A stretch of DNA of 60,582 nucleotides, the filler included, from Stramenopiles sp. TOSAG23-2 (lineage: Eukaryota): assembly GCA_900128395.1 (NCBI GenBank). It is 8 parts of 8 records of this genome, joined end to end, with 100 filler letters (N's around TTAATTAATTAA, not from the genome) between each part and the next. Parts side by side here need not be neighbours in the genome. Positions count along the whole stretch, not along the records: positions 19,316 to 28,800 come from LT650098.1; positions 28,901 to 38,358 come from LT650100.1; 6 more parts are not named here. One strand, written 5' to 3'. This document shows positions 22,489-33,500 of this stretch, one piece after another. Below the pieces are notes generated by a model that saw only the letters and a list, made by a program, of their open reading frames with translations, made no database searches and had not been told where the DNA came from. A program made the position numbers and the translations under genes. The stretch's first letter is position 1, and every line of letters starts with the position of its first letter.

Positions 22489-25400
22489 TCAGCGCCTTCT
22501 TCCATTACCATTTTTTCCTAAGCCAAACGAATCTACTTGCTCTAATACATCTGCAACACGACATGATACTTCGCCAAGTGCGGACCACATCGATGCAGAG
22601 TTTTCATCTCGTTTTGCTTTTTCTCGATTCAGTCCTGCAACTATTCGATTGACTTTATCGTTCAAAAATTTTATTGCTTCATCTTTTTTCTCCGCTGGTT
22701 CCTGGCCAGAAATTGCAGCTTCGACATTTACCATATGGGAACCCAGCGTAGTGACTCTGTCTTCGATTTTAGCAATCAAATTTTTTTGTGAATCTATGAC
22801 TATATTTTGTCTGGCGACTTCTGCTCCTATTTCATCTGTTAACCCGCTACGAAATGTTGATAAATGTTTATCATATCCCGTCAACGCAGTTTCAATGGCT
22901 TCCAATCGACGAATTGTTACACCTGAATCAGATTTTTCTATCGTAGAGGAATTTTGTTGGACACTGTCTACATCATTTTTCAATTGCATTATTTTTGCAT
23001 CAATATCTTTTTTTAAATCAAAAATTGGAATCGTATATTGTTTCTTCATTTCATTTGGTATGGATTCTATTCGTTTCTTAACTTCAATGATATGAGTTTC
23101 ATGTGCATTTGCCTGTTCCTTTACCATACTCTTTAAGGATAATAATGATTCCATATTTTGTGCAACTGTACCTTCGGAAAGCTTTTTAACCTCGTCTGAT
23201 ACCATTATAGTTGCATCGCCTTGGTCAGAAAATTGTTTACGAACCCATGTCTCCAGCGTCTTAATTTTATCCATTACAGCTTCATTTGCATTAGCATTCT
23301 CTGTATGTTCTTTGATTGCAAGCTTTGTCTCATCTAAATTTTTTTCTGTGCTTTCAATAAAACTCAATAGCTTTTTCTCGTAGTTTTCTTTCATTGAATT
23401 GTGATTTTCATGTAATGAATTTACCTTACTCTCCATAGCGCTTTGATGCGTTGATACTGTTTCAGCATGGTCGTTACGAACATTTACTAATTCTGCTTCT
23501 AAAAACGATTTCCAGTCATTCATGGATTTTGTTTGTTCCTCCATGCATAATTCTAATGATTTCTTCGTATTGTTTAAATCATTTCGTAAATCGTTTGTCT
23601 TTTCTTCAGTCATTCGCTGGAATGATTCAGCAAGATCAACCAATTGTTTCTCAATTTTTGCTTGGGATTTTTTCATAGTGTTATTTACTTCGTTGATTGA
23701 ATCTTCTGCATTTTTATCGCTACTTGTGGTTAATATCTCTACTTTTTTGGATACTAAAGTTATTTGTTCATTCATATTAGTTTTCAATATTGTTTGCATT
23801 GTTTGTAAAGAATTTTCTTGTTTTTTTTGCATTTCATTTACAAGTTTTTTACTTTCCATTTTATTATTACTCATTGTTTGTTCCATTGCACCTTTTACAA
23901 TATCAATTTTCTCAAAACATTTCTCAAGCACCTCTTTATTTTTTGTCTGCATGTTCGATATCATCATTGTCTGTAACTTATTCATTGCTTCTTTGCTATC
24001 TGTGGTAATAGAACTCTGTATTTTTTTCATTTCAATAACTAATTTTGCATTTTCTTTTTTCATCTCTGCCAATTCATCTTGGTGTTGTTTTAATTGCATT
24101 ACCAATGGGTCTACAAGACCAGCTTTTATATCTGATTTGATTCTTTCTTCTAATTCCTTTAGGGCTTTATGATGTTTATTATTATCATCATTTATTTTAT
24201 CTCCTATTTTACTGATTTTAACATTTAAATTGCTTTCTGCTTTTTCAATATTTTCATTAATTTTCTTTAATGAAGATGAAAGCAACGTCTCAACTTCATC
24301 AATTTTGCCCAAAAGTGACTTTTCACTTCGTTTTACATCATCTTCCTGTTGCAATTTACTACGTCTAATATCATCCCCTAAATCAATTTTCATTTTCTCT
24401 CGCTCTTTTCGTTCGCCATTAATACGCTGATCGATTTGATCCACCGATCCTTGTATTTTTTTCTCTAGATGCTGGCATTGCTCTTCATGTTTCTTACATA
24501 AACCTTCATACTCGTTGCGAACAATGACCAAATTTGATTTTATTAATGATTCGGCATTTTCCGTTGATCTTGCAATTTTTTTTTCCACTTCACTAATTGT
24601 ATTTTCACAGTTTACAATATGCTGAGCTACACTTCTTTCAACTTCTTTCAAGTTATTATTAAATGTTTTCACTACGTTTTCTTCAACGTGTGTTTTCAAT
24701 TTGTTTTGAACCTTCTCCATTGACTTTATAAGATTTTCCCTTGCATTTCTCTTTTCAATAACTAATCTCACTTTAAATGAATCTTGCACAACATTGTTAT
24801 TCAAAAATTCTTTCATGCGATATATATTCGTTGGCCCTACTGCATATTCGCTTGTTATGTATTGCTGGACAAAAATTTCAATATCTTGAAAAAAACTCTC
24901 TACTGTTTGATATTTAAATGGCTTTGTAATGTCCATCGCATTTGAAATGCCCATTTCTACATTTTTTTTCACATCGCTGTAAAGTTCTACTAATAATATT
25001 TTACATTTTTGATCAGCTGCGGAAATGTTTTTTTCCCACAGCATATGAAACGCCCCGCCACTTAAAACTCGGTTATTTAAGTATTGGTATTCTTGGTGCA
25101 ATTTTGGTATTGTAAGTGATGGTATTTTATCACTGGGAAAAGCAATTGGATTATCTTGTATCGATAATGAGACTTTGTTTTGATCTTTCCATAATTCAAG
25201 CTTCATTATTAATTCATTTTTATACAGATTTCTATCATCAGCATCCAAAGTCGATGTTGCATCTTCAAATTTATTTGTTGCAGCATCTTTTGCTTCTTCA
25301 TGTGCGTTGATCAATTCATCTTCATTCAATGGAATTCGTTGCAAGATAGATTTTTGTGTCATTGCATTATACGTTTCCACTGCACTGTTAACAGCCTTTT

Positions 25401-26373
25401 CGCCAAACATACGATTTAACATTTGCCGTTCCGTTGGCAAATTTGATATATCACTTAATGCTCCTTCTTTATTCGATATTGCACTTGTATATCGAATCAA
25501 TAGCTCAGCTATGGTACTCCCGACTACTGCATTCCCGGCTAATATTCGTTGGCGGCACAATCTCTCTTCTATTTTTGTACGCAAGATGGTAAAATACTCT
25601 TTAAAATCTTCGCTTAAATCCCTATATCCCATTTTATCTAAATTTTGCAATGCCTCTGCCGTATCAGCTGGACGTGGAAGAGTGCAACAATCATAATCAT
25701 CTCCAAAACATTGCGTAATTTTACGCAAAACTTTTGGGTCAAGCTTGCTTTCTAGTTCACTTCTAGGTAACCCTTTGAATTTTAACTGATGATCTCTCAA
25801 AATCCATAGAAATGTACTGGTAGTATCAGCAACATTTTGTTTCCATTGCGTTTCACTGTTTCCATCACCAACTTCACCACTGCCTCGAAGTTGTTGGGAT
25901 ACACTCAATATCATAGCTAGCGTATCGATTGTAGATTTATCAATGCTACTTTTACTTTGGTACATATACAAATCGGATATAAGTAATGATAATGCAGATA
26001 TTGACCAATTGTAAAATGGCTCCGCTTCGATAGAATCCAAACCTTCCGTATCTAAATATAATATGTAAGATCCAGGATTTTTCTCGTTATGTTTTATCCA
26101 CATCCATAAACCATGTGTTTTCGCATCCATTTCATGACCAACACCAAAACCATTTTTAAGACCTGTATTCCTATCATATAGTAGATTTAGCAACGAAGAT
26201 TTTCCACCACGTTGAGAACCCACCAAAGACACCACTGTGACAGGCTTGTGCAACATCTTCAAAACTTTAATCGCTTCAGGAATGCATGAAAAGCCTTGAT
26301 GCTGTCTTTCTGGCTTAACCAAGTGCATTGGCCGTTCCATGACAAAAATATTTTGTTCCTCACTATCACTCAT
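22489..26373 (-). CDS. Guanylate-binding protein (GBP/atlastin-type) GTPase with very long C-terminal coiled coil
   Basis: G1 GSQRGGKS, THGLWMW, G3 LDTEG and FLWILRD; about 750 aa of heptad-rich tail. Confidence 0.9.
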   Translation of the reverse strand: MSDSEEQNIFVMERPMHLVKPERQHQGFSCIPEAIKVLKMLHKPVTVVSLVGSQRGGKSSLLNLLYDRNTGLKNGFGVGHEMDAKTHGLWMWIKHNEKNPGSYILYLDTEGLDSIEAEPFYNWSISALSLLISDLYMYQSKSSIDKSTIDTLAMILSVSQQLRGSGEVGDGNSETQWKQNVADTTSTFLWILRDHQLKFKGLPRSELESKLDPKVLRKITQCFGDDYDCCTLPRPADTAEALQNLDKMGYRDLSEDFKEYFTILRTKIEERLCRQRILAGNAVVGSTIAELLIRYTSAISNKEGALSDISNLPTERQMLNRMFGEKAVNSAVETYNAMTQKSILQRIPLNEDELINAHEEAKDAATNKFEDATSTLDADDRNLYKNELIMKLELWKDQNKVSLSIQDNPIAFPSDKIPSLTIPKLHQEYQYLNNRVLSGGAFHMLWEKNISAADQKCKILLVELYSDVKKNVEMGISNAMDITKPFKYQTVESFFQDIEIFVQQYITSEYAVGPTNIYRMKEFLNNNVVQDSFKVRLVIEKRNARENLIKSMEKVQNKLKTHVEENVVKTFNNNLKEVERSVAQHIVNCENTISEVEKKIARSTENAESLIKSNLVIVRNEYEGLCKKHEEQCQHLEKKIQGSVDQIDQRINGERKEREKMKIDLGDDIRRSKLQQEDDVKRSEKSLLGKIDEVETLLSSSLKKINENIEKAESNLNVKISKIGDKINDDNNKHHKALKELEERIKSDIKAGLVDPLVMQLKQHQDELAEMKKENAKLVIEMKKIQSSITTDSKEAMNKLQTMMISNMQTKNKEVLEKCFEKIDIVKGAMEQTMSNNKMESKKLVNEMQKKQENSLQTMQTILKTNMNEQITLVSKKVEILTTSSDKNAEDSINEVNNTMKKSQAKIEKQLVDLAESFQRMTEEKTNDLRNDLNNTKKSLELCMEEQTKSMNDWKSFLEAELVNVRNDHAETVSTHQSAMESKVNSLHENHNSMKENYEKKLLSFIESTEKNLDETKLAIKEHTENANANEAVMDKIKTLETWVRKQFSDQGDATIMVSDEVKKLSEGTVAQNMESLLSLKSMVKEQANAHETHIIEVKKRIESIPNEMKKQYTIPIFDLKKDIDAKIMQLKNDVDSVQQNSSTIEKSDSGVTIRRLEAIETALTGYDKHLSTFRSGLTDEIGAEVARQNIVIDSQKNLIAKIEDRVTTLGSHMVNVEAAISGQEPAEKKDEAIKFLNDKVNRIVAGLNREKAKRDENSASMWSALGEVSCRVADVLEQVDSFGLGKNGNGRRR

Positions 26374-27190
26374 TATGTATGTATGTATGTATGTATGTAT
26401 GTATATTGTTTCTTTTCAATGCTCTTCCTTAGTATTATATTTGCAAATTTCAAATGTTATATCATTTATTTACAGGAGAATGTTAAAAAAATTTTAATAT
26501 TATTTATTTATTGTTTTTCTAAGTGATAATATTATTGACGTGTTTTTGTTTACATCACATAAATTATTATATATTTTTTTATTTCACTATTATTATTAAT
26601 TATTTATTATTATTATTATTATTTATTATTACAAAAAAAAACTCATACCTATTGTTGCTATTTTATTACCGACCAGGATTATAATACCTGGTATTATGTG
26701 CAGCTTATCTTCGCACAACAACAAACAACTGGCAAACTTCATGTGTTTTTTGTGAGAGATATTTCTAACTGTCAAGTTTACAATTTTTAAGGTGCTAAGG
26801 TTCTAATGAAATTGGGAACCGGCGGTAATGTCTATTATACTACTGCTATTTTACTAAAAAAAATGAAATCAACAAAGCACCACCAAAACTCGTCCAGCCC
26901 AGCCAGCACCACACGCCAGAAAAAAAAATAAAAATAATATACAAATATAATGCTGGAATGCCAGGAATGCACTAATAATAAAGAGCTTCAGCAATGCCAA
27001 AATGCCAGAATGCCAGAAAATGCCAGAAGAATGGCCATATATTAGCACATTAATATTAAAATGCACTGCTATTATACTAGAATTTATATAGGATCAGTGT
27101 AACAAAATAACTTTGGCTTTATACTTATTTGTTGTTGTGGTTTTTGAGTTATATATCTATCTATCTGTGTACATCGTGTGTGTGGTGGAT

Positions 27191-28639
27191 ATGCCATCAA
27201 AGAAAAGCAAAAATAAAAAAGCGAAAAAAATGGATTTAGATGAGAAAGCTACTAGAAAAGCACTACATGATATAAATGTTGTTTATGAAGGAAACGATGA
27301 AGGGGATGAGGATGGTTTAGTAGATGTTGGCAATTTATTAGATAAGCTGTGGAAAAAAATGCAGCTAGACGTGAATGCAAAATTGAACATAAATGCCCCG
27401 CGCCAAAAAATTACATTGATGATTGTTGGTAATCATTCTTCAGGTAAATCCAGTTTTATTAATTGGTACGTTGGCCAAGAGGATTTGTGTAAAACATCAA
27501 TGGCACAGCAAACGAAGGATTATACATTTGTGACTTATGAGCAAAACCGGGAAAAGGAAGCTTCAGGGGAATTTACGGTTCGCTACTTTCCTTATCTGAA
27601 ACCTATGCCAGAAAAATTTGGGGATGCTATTCAAAAACATTTAAAGATGTTTATCGTAAACAAAGAACAAAATGCATTTAAATTTGTTGACTTAATTGAT
27701 AGCCCTGGGCTAGTAGGTGCTGCGCGTGATTCAGAAGGAAGTGACAAAGTACATTACAATTTTGATATTGATGGTAGCATTGAATATTTATCAAAGCATT
27801 GCGATTTAGTCTATGTTTTCCTTGATCCCCACGGTGGGGCAACACAAATGCGTACTATGAACGTTTTAAAGCGTTTGAAAAAAATTGAGAAATCTGGTGA
27901 TGATACGTTTACAGTAGAAACTTTCTTAACCAAAATTGACCAAGCGAAGACATCTCAAGATTTAAAAAAATTGACCGCGTCAGTTTCTGTTGATATGGCA
28001 AAACATATTGAACAAGAATTTTCTCATTATTTACCTGGTATATTTATTCCAACTCCAAAACGTTTGGAAGGGCTTGATGAAGAATTGATAAATCAAAACG
28101 AGATCAATCAGTGTACTGATTTAATTATCAAAGCTATTAAAGATAAAGTTTCGAAAAATTTTAATGATTTGAAACAGGATAGTAATAAAATTATTAAACG
28201 CAGTAAATTGCTTTTGGAGCGTAACGATGGAAGCGTATCGAAACGCGATTTCCGACGAAATATTTCAAATGTGTTGTATTTATCAGCATTTTCCATTTCA
28301 ATCTATATTTTTATATGTGTCAGCTTGATTATGGAATCCTATTTGCCTGCTAGTGTGGTTGAAACTGCTCCTTATCAAGTTTTAAGCGAATTGAGTAATT
28401 CATTTGTTAGTGTGTATCGTGAACAGAGTTATGGAGAAAATTTCAAATCAATTTTATCTTTGCTCGGGACGTTTTTTGTACTTGTATTCCTTGGGCGTAT
28501 GTTAAGGACACGTGCAGCAATGTATCCATACTTATCGGAAGAAGAAGTAAAAGTGGTCAAATCACTAGAAAGTAAAATGGAAAAAACATTACAACGCAGA
28601 GATAAACTATTTGATCAATATGTTAATATTGAAAACTAA
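27191..28639 (+). CDS. Dynamin/EHD-like P-loop GTPase with two C-terminal TM helices
   Basis: G1 GNHSSGKS followed by FINWY, G3 LIDSPG, G4 TKID; TMs VLYLSAFSISIYIFICVSLI and ILSLLGTFFVLVFLG; likely ATG at 27191. Confidence 0.82.
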   Translation: MPSKKSKNKKAKKMDLDEKATRKALHDINVVYEGNDEGDEDGLVDVGNLLDKLWKKMQLDVNAKLNINAPRQKITLMIVGNHSSGKSSFINWYVGQEDLCKTSMAQQTKDYTFVTYEQNREKEASGEFTVRYFPYLKPMPEKFGDAIQKHLKMFIVNKEQNAFKFVDLIDSPGLVGAARDSEGSDKVHYNFDIDGSIEYLSKHCDLVYVFLDPHGGATQMRTMNVLKRLKKIEKSGDDTFTVETFLTKIDQAKTSQDLKKLTASVSVDMAKHIEQEFSHYLPGIFIPTPKRLEGLDEELINQNEINQCTDLIIKAIKDKVSKNFNDLKQDSNKIIKRSKLLLERNDGSVSKRDFRRNISNVLYLSAFSISIYIFICVSLIMESYLPASVVETAPYQVLSELSNSFVSVYREQSYGENFKSILSLLGTFFVLVFLGRMLRTRAAMYPYLSEEEVKVVKSLESKMEKTLQRRDKLFDQYVNIEN

Positions 28640-28800
28640 AACAGAAAAAAACAAAAAGAATTCATCCTGGTGCCCTGTAAACCAAATTTATCTATATAAA
28701 ATAAATCATTAATTATTTTAATATGATAGTATTTAATGCTAATCGATATCTCTCTGGCCCCCTGTGTTGTGTGCCTTCTATTTTAGGGCCTCAAGCTATA

Positions 28801-28900
28801 NNNNNNNNNNNNNNNNNNNNNNNNNNNNNNNNNNNNNNNNNNNNTTAATTAATTAANNNNNNNNNNNNNNNNNNNNNNNNNNNNNNNNNNNNNNNNNNNN
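28801..28900. other. Artificial contig linker
   Basis: N-TTAATTAATTAA-N, 100 bp. Confidence 0.97.
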
Positions 28901-28904
28901 ACAT

Positions 28905-29933
28905 ATGGGATTAAATGAAGGGTTGCTAGATGGATTAATTTTTGGAGGCGATCACGAAGACTTTAATTCACAATGGTACGTCACAGTAGGTGCTAGTTTA
29001 GTGCTTACAATGTTTATCAACATGTTAACCCCATTATATTCACCAGTTGGCAATTGGGTTACCAGAGGTTTAAAGAGAACAGCTGATAGTGCAAAGTGTT
29101 TAATGTGCTGTGGTCAAGATAGGCAATTTTCTAAAAAATTGACGCAGGCTGAATATGAAAGTTTATGGAGTGGCGGAGATTTTGAATTGCCAGCTAGATA
29201 TGGTGCATTGGAAATGGTTTATTGGGTGACCCTTATTTATGGAACAGGATTACCAATTTTATACCCATTAGCACTTTGTTATTTCACTCTAGCATATTGG
29301 ATTGATAAATGGGCTTTAACAAAGTTATACGACAGACCAATACAAACAGATGAAAAAGTTGCTGTTAGTGTCACGGAAAATATGATATACGCTGTGCTGG
29401 TTCATCTTATGTTTGCTACTTGGAAATACTCAAATTCCAAAATTTTCCAAAATGTGAACGTAATTGAAAGTTCAATTGAAGCAGCCAAAGCGCGCGGTGT
29501 AAACCCATCAGAAGATTTACTGGCTGTGACAGATGTTATTCAATGCAGAACTGGAGGTGGTTTAGGCTATGCATTGACTAGAATTGTGTTAACGGCGCCA
29601 CATATGTTTGTTTTGACGGCTCTTCTTATTACCTTTTTAACGATATATCGTCTAGTCCTTCCAATATTTGGAACGCTACTGTTAACCGCATTTCCATGCT
29701 TAGAAACGTGTTTTAGCCATGCCGAAGAAGATACTAATTTAACAGTTGAAGAGGCTATCTCTAAATCAAAATTACAAGGTGCAAACAGTTATGATATTAT
29801 GGCAAATCGTCAATATGCCATAGCATTTGCTGCGGAAGAGGAAGCAGAATTGAAGGAAGCAGTGGTAGATACAAAACCATCAAGTGGTGGTGATGTAGAA
29901 ATGGTTGTCAATCCATTAAAAGCATATGGATAA
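28905..29933 (+). CDS. C-terminal part of an OSCA/TMEM63/TMC-superfamily channel (5' truncated at contig edge)
   Basis: DFNSQWYVTVGASL...FELPARYG...LIYGTGLPILYPL...YWIDKWALTKLYDRP; multiple TMs. Confidence 0.75.
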   Translation: MGLNEGLLDGLIFGGDHEDFNSQWYVTVGASLVLTMFINMLTPLYSPVGNWVTRGLKRTADSAKCLMCCGQDRQFSKKLTQAEYESLWSGGDFELPARYGALEMVYWVTLIYGTGLPILYPLALCYFTLAYWIDKWALTKLYDRPIQTDEKVAVSVTENMIYAVLVHLMFATWKYSNSKIFQNVNVIESSIEAAKARGVNPSEDLLAVTDVIQCRTGGGLGYALTRIVLTAPHMFVLTALLITFLTIYRLVLPIFGTLLLTAFPCLETCFSHAEEDTNLTVEEAISKSKLQGANSYDIMANRQYAIAFAAEEEAELKEAVVDTKPSSGGDVEMVVNPLKAYG

Positions 29934-30582
29934 AGAAAAAGAAAAAACATGCATAAAATGTAGAAGAAGACTGGCTTTGCAAAAAAAAAAAAATGAAGGT
30001 ACAGATTATTATAGTAGTAGAAGAAGAAGAAGAGAAGAAGAGAGAAAATTGTGTTGTTTGCGTCCTCTCGTATTGCAACAGTTTATTACCTTGTTCTAAG
30101 TGTTATTAAATATTACAGGGTAAAGACATGTGTGAAGAATATCAATTTTTACAGTAATAATACGCAAGGACTGTGCTCGCTCTACGTAGGTATAAAATAA
30201 AATTCTATAGTAATAGAACAATATAGCTATTACTATAGACATAGCACTACTATTTAAAACATAATACATTTACATTTTTTCTCTCTCCACAAATGAATTA
30301 TTATCCACCACATCATCTCATAGAACAACATCATACCGCTTAACTATTATACTTACTCGCGAATATTAATTTAATTATTCTATAATATTTTTCATTACGT
30401 ATTTATTTTGAAAGTCCACAAGATGGAATACATTGTCAACAAAATCCAAGAACCGGCCCATCGCGGAGAGAAAAAAGGAACATTTGTGTTGCTAAATTGT
30501 ATTATTCATCAAAACTTACATCGATACTAGATATAATTTATCATTCCTTTTGTTCTTTCATTTTGAATTTTTGTCCATCATT

Positions 30583-33500
30583 ATGCCAAATTTTTCACCA
30601 TATTGTTTTGTATATAATAATAATAGCAATAATAATAATAATAATAGCAAATATTGTAATAATTATACTACTGCTAATAAATTTTTGTTTATCGTTTTAC
30701 TATTGAACATTTTTGTATTTTCTTCGACTGTAACATCTTCAAACGTATTTCAGCATACTACTGAGACAATCGAGAAATGTTTAATAGAAGATAAAGATGA
30801 TTTATGCTTAATAAGTCGTAAAAATGAGTTTTATTATCGTTGGTGTAACTTGGAAACGGTGGAACGCATTCATATGACAGAGTACGGCGTTCCAGAGGAA
30901 AGGCAAACGCCTTGGCTTGTAATTGGTCGATATGCAGAAGAGCCTAGCAATGCCAACACACAGTTCTTTTTTAATGGTCGCCTATGTCCAAATTCACCTG
31001 ACCCATATCACGCGGAGGTTACTTTTACCTGTTGTCCAAAAGAACGAAAGCGTGATGAAATTTTATCAATTGATGAAATACGACCCTGTTTATATATTAT
31101 GGAGGTATGTACATCTTGCCATTGCGAGGAGTCCTCCATTAATGTTATAACTGATCGTGAAAATAAAGAAGCAGAGTCAACTTGGAGTGTCAAGTCTGAA
31201 AAACGTGTTTTGCGACAACTGAATGATACCGGTGGATTTGCACAAATTATAAACCAAGATGAAATTTTGGATACGAGTGATGTTGAATATGATGATGACC
31301 TGGGGTTAAACGATGAAATTAATGAAATATACCAAATGATTGATGAAGAAATGGAATTTGCCAAACAGGAAAAACAAAGACAGGAAAACGAGCGTCGATT
31401 ACAAGCGCAAAAGGAGGAAGCGGAAAAGTTTGACATAAAACAAGATGAGGCCAATGGAAAAGCAGAAGAAGGTGAGAAGCAAAGGAAGTTAGAGGAGGAT
31501 AAAGTAAAACATAATCGACATGTTGAACAGAAACGTAAACGCGATAAGCAAGGGGAAGAAAAGACAAAAATGGAAGAAAGAAACTTCAATGAAAATGATA
31601 GTGCTGAAGGAAAATTAAAAGGTACTAGAAACTTAAGAGACCTTGTAAATAATATTAATTTGGAAAATTTAAGAAATAGGGTGAAACGAATGTTTTATCA
31701 CGGATATAAGAATTATATGTCGAAAGCATTCCCTATGGATGAACTGTCTCCAATTTCATGTGCCGGGTCTATACAAAAGCAAACTGGTGGTTCAATGTTG
31801 ACATTAATAGATACATTGGACACATTGGTCGTCTTAGGTGATTATGACGAGTTTGTAAAAGGCGTACGTACAGTATCAGACATGGCAAGTTACAAATTGG
31901 ATCAAAATATATCCGTTTTCGAAACAAATATACGAATTCTAGGTGGATTATTATCTGCGCATATACTAGCATTAGATCGAAGGGAATTAGGTATTACTGA
32001 AGCCTTTTTAAATAGCCCACCACATTTACCATATGATGGAAAATTACTGGATTTGGCGTTGGATCTTGGAGATAGGCTGATACCGGCATTTGAAACAAAA
32101 ACTGGTATACCGTATGGTACGGTTAATTTGATGAAAGGTGTTCCTCCGAAAGAGACTTCTATAAGTTCCCTTGCCGGTGCCGGTACGTTGTATTTAGAAC
32201 TCGGCCTACTATCATCATTGAGTAGAGATCCAAAATATGCTGAAATTAGTCGTCGTGGTATGGTAGAATTGTTTTCACGACGAAATAAAAAAACTGATTT
32301 ATTTGGTGCTCATATAGATACAAAGACAGGATCATGGACAGAAGCACATGCTGGTATAGGTAGTAATGCAGATAGCTTTTATGAATATTTGTTAAAATGC
32401 TACATACTTTTTGACGATGTTGATATGTTTTATATGTTTCGCGAAGCGTATGATGCAGTATTGTTGCATTTGAAGCAAGGGCCATGGTACCGAGATGCCC
32501 AGATACGCGACGGTGGTAATGTTCGTACTCAATATAACAATTTGCAAGCTTTTTGGCCGGGATTGCAAATGGATATTGGCCATGTTTCCGATGCCGTTGA
32601 TAGTTTAAATGTCATTCATTCCTTGTGGAGAAAATATGGCTTTACGCCTGAACATTATGACTGGCAGAAGCGACGTTTAATTGGCACTAGTGGGCGTAGA
32701 GAATACCCTTTACGACCCGAAATGATTGAATCTATTTACCACGTGCATGAATATTTCAAATCCCACGGCGATGCCGCGGTTGCCGCATCGTGGATTGAAG
32801 CAGGAAAAGTTGTTCTTGAGGGCCTTGAGACAACTAGAGTCAACTGTGGCTACGCTGCTGTGAAAAATGTCGAAACAAAGGAGTTGGAGGATAATATGCC
32901 ATCCTTCTTTCTTAGTGAAACATTGAAATACTTGTATCTTTTATTTGATAGCGATAATAATCCATTTAGTAGTTCAGCAATAATGCCATCAAGCAAGAAG
33001 AAAAGCTTTGTCTTTTCGACTGAGGCTCATATATTTGATATTGAGGAAGGTCAGCGAATTAATTTCATCGATATTAATTATCAACCTAAGGTATATGCAA
33101 AAAAGAAAGAAAAATTTAAAGTTAATAATGCTGTTTTTGAAAGTGTACTAAAGTGCCACTCTAGACCATGGTGGGAAAGGGCAGAGTTGATTTTCAATGC
33201 CCCCGGCATTGCGGCTGGAAATAAAATAAACAGCGGAACTGGCAGAGGAAAAGCATTTTTATCCAGTTTAAATAGCGGATCATCATCATCTTCAAACAAT
33301 AATGAAGCTACTGTTCATGAAATGACTGGAAGCCCAACTGAAAACGGCGGAAAATTAATGCATCTAAACATACCTGATTTAGGATCTTTCGATGTTGAGG
33401 CATTCCCAGGTGGATTTCAGATACGCAACCACAATGATAATTTGTTTCTTGAAATTGCTAATTTAGGTGGAGAGCCTGTTATGATTTCTGAAGGACACCA

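Noticed and set aside
22649-25696. Long antisense ORFs opposite the GBP gene, and similar ones opposite other large genes
   Set aside because: Shadow frames of coiled-coil or charged coding sequence (Ser/Phe/Leu-rich) with no independent evidence
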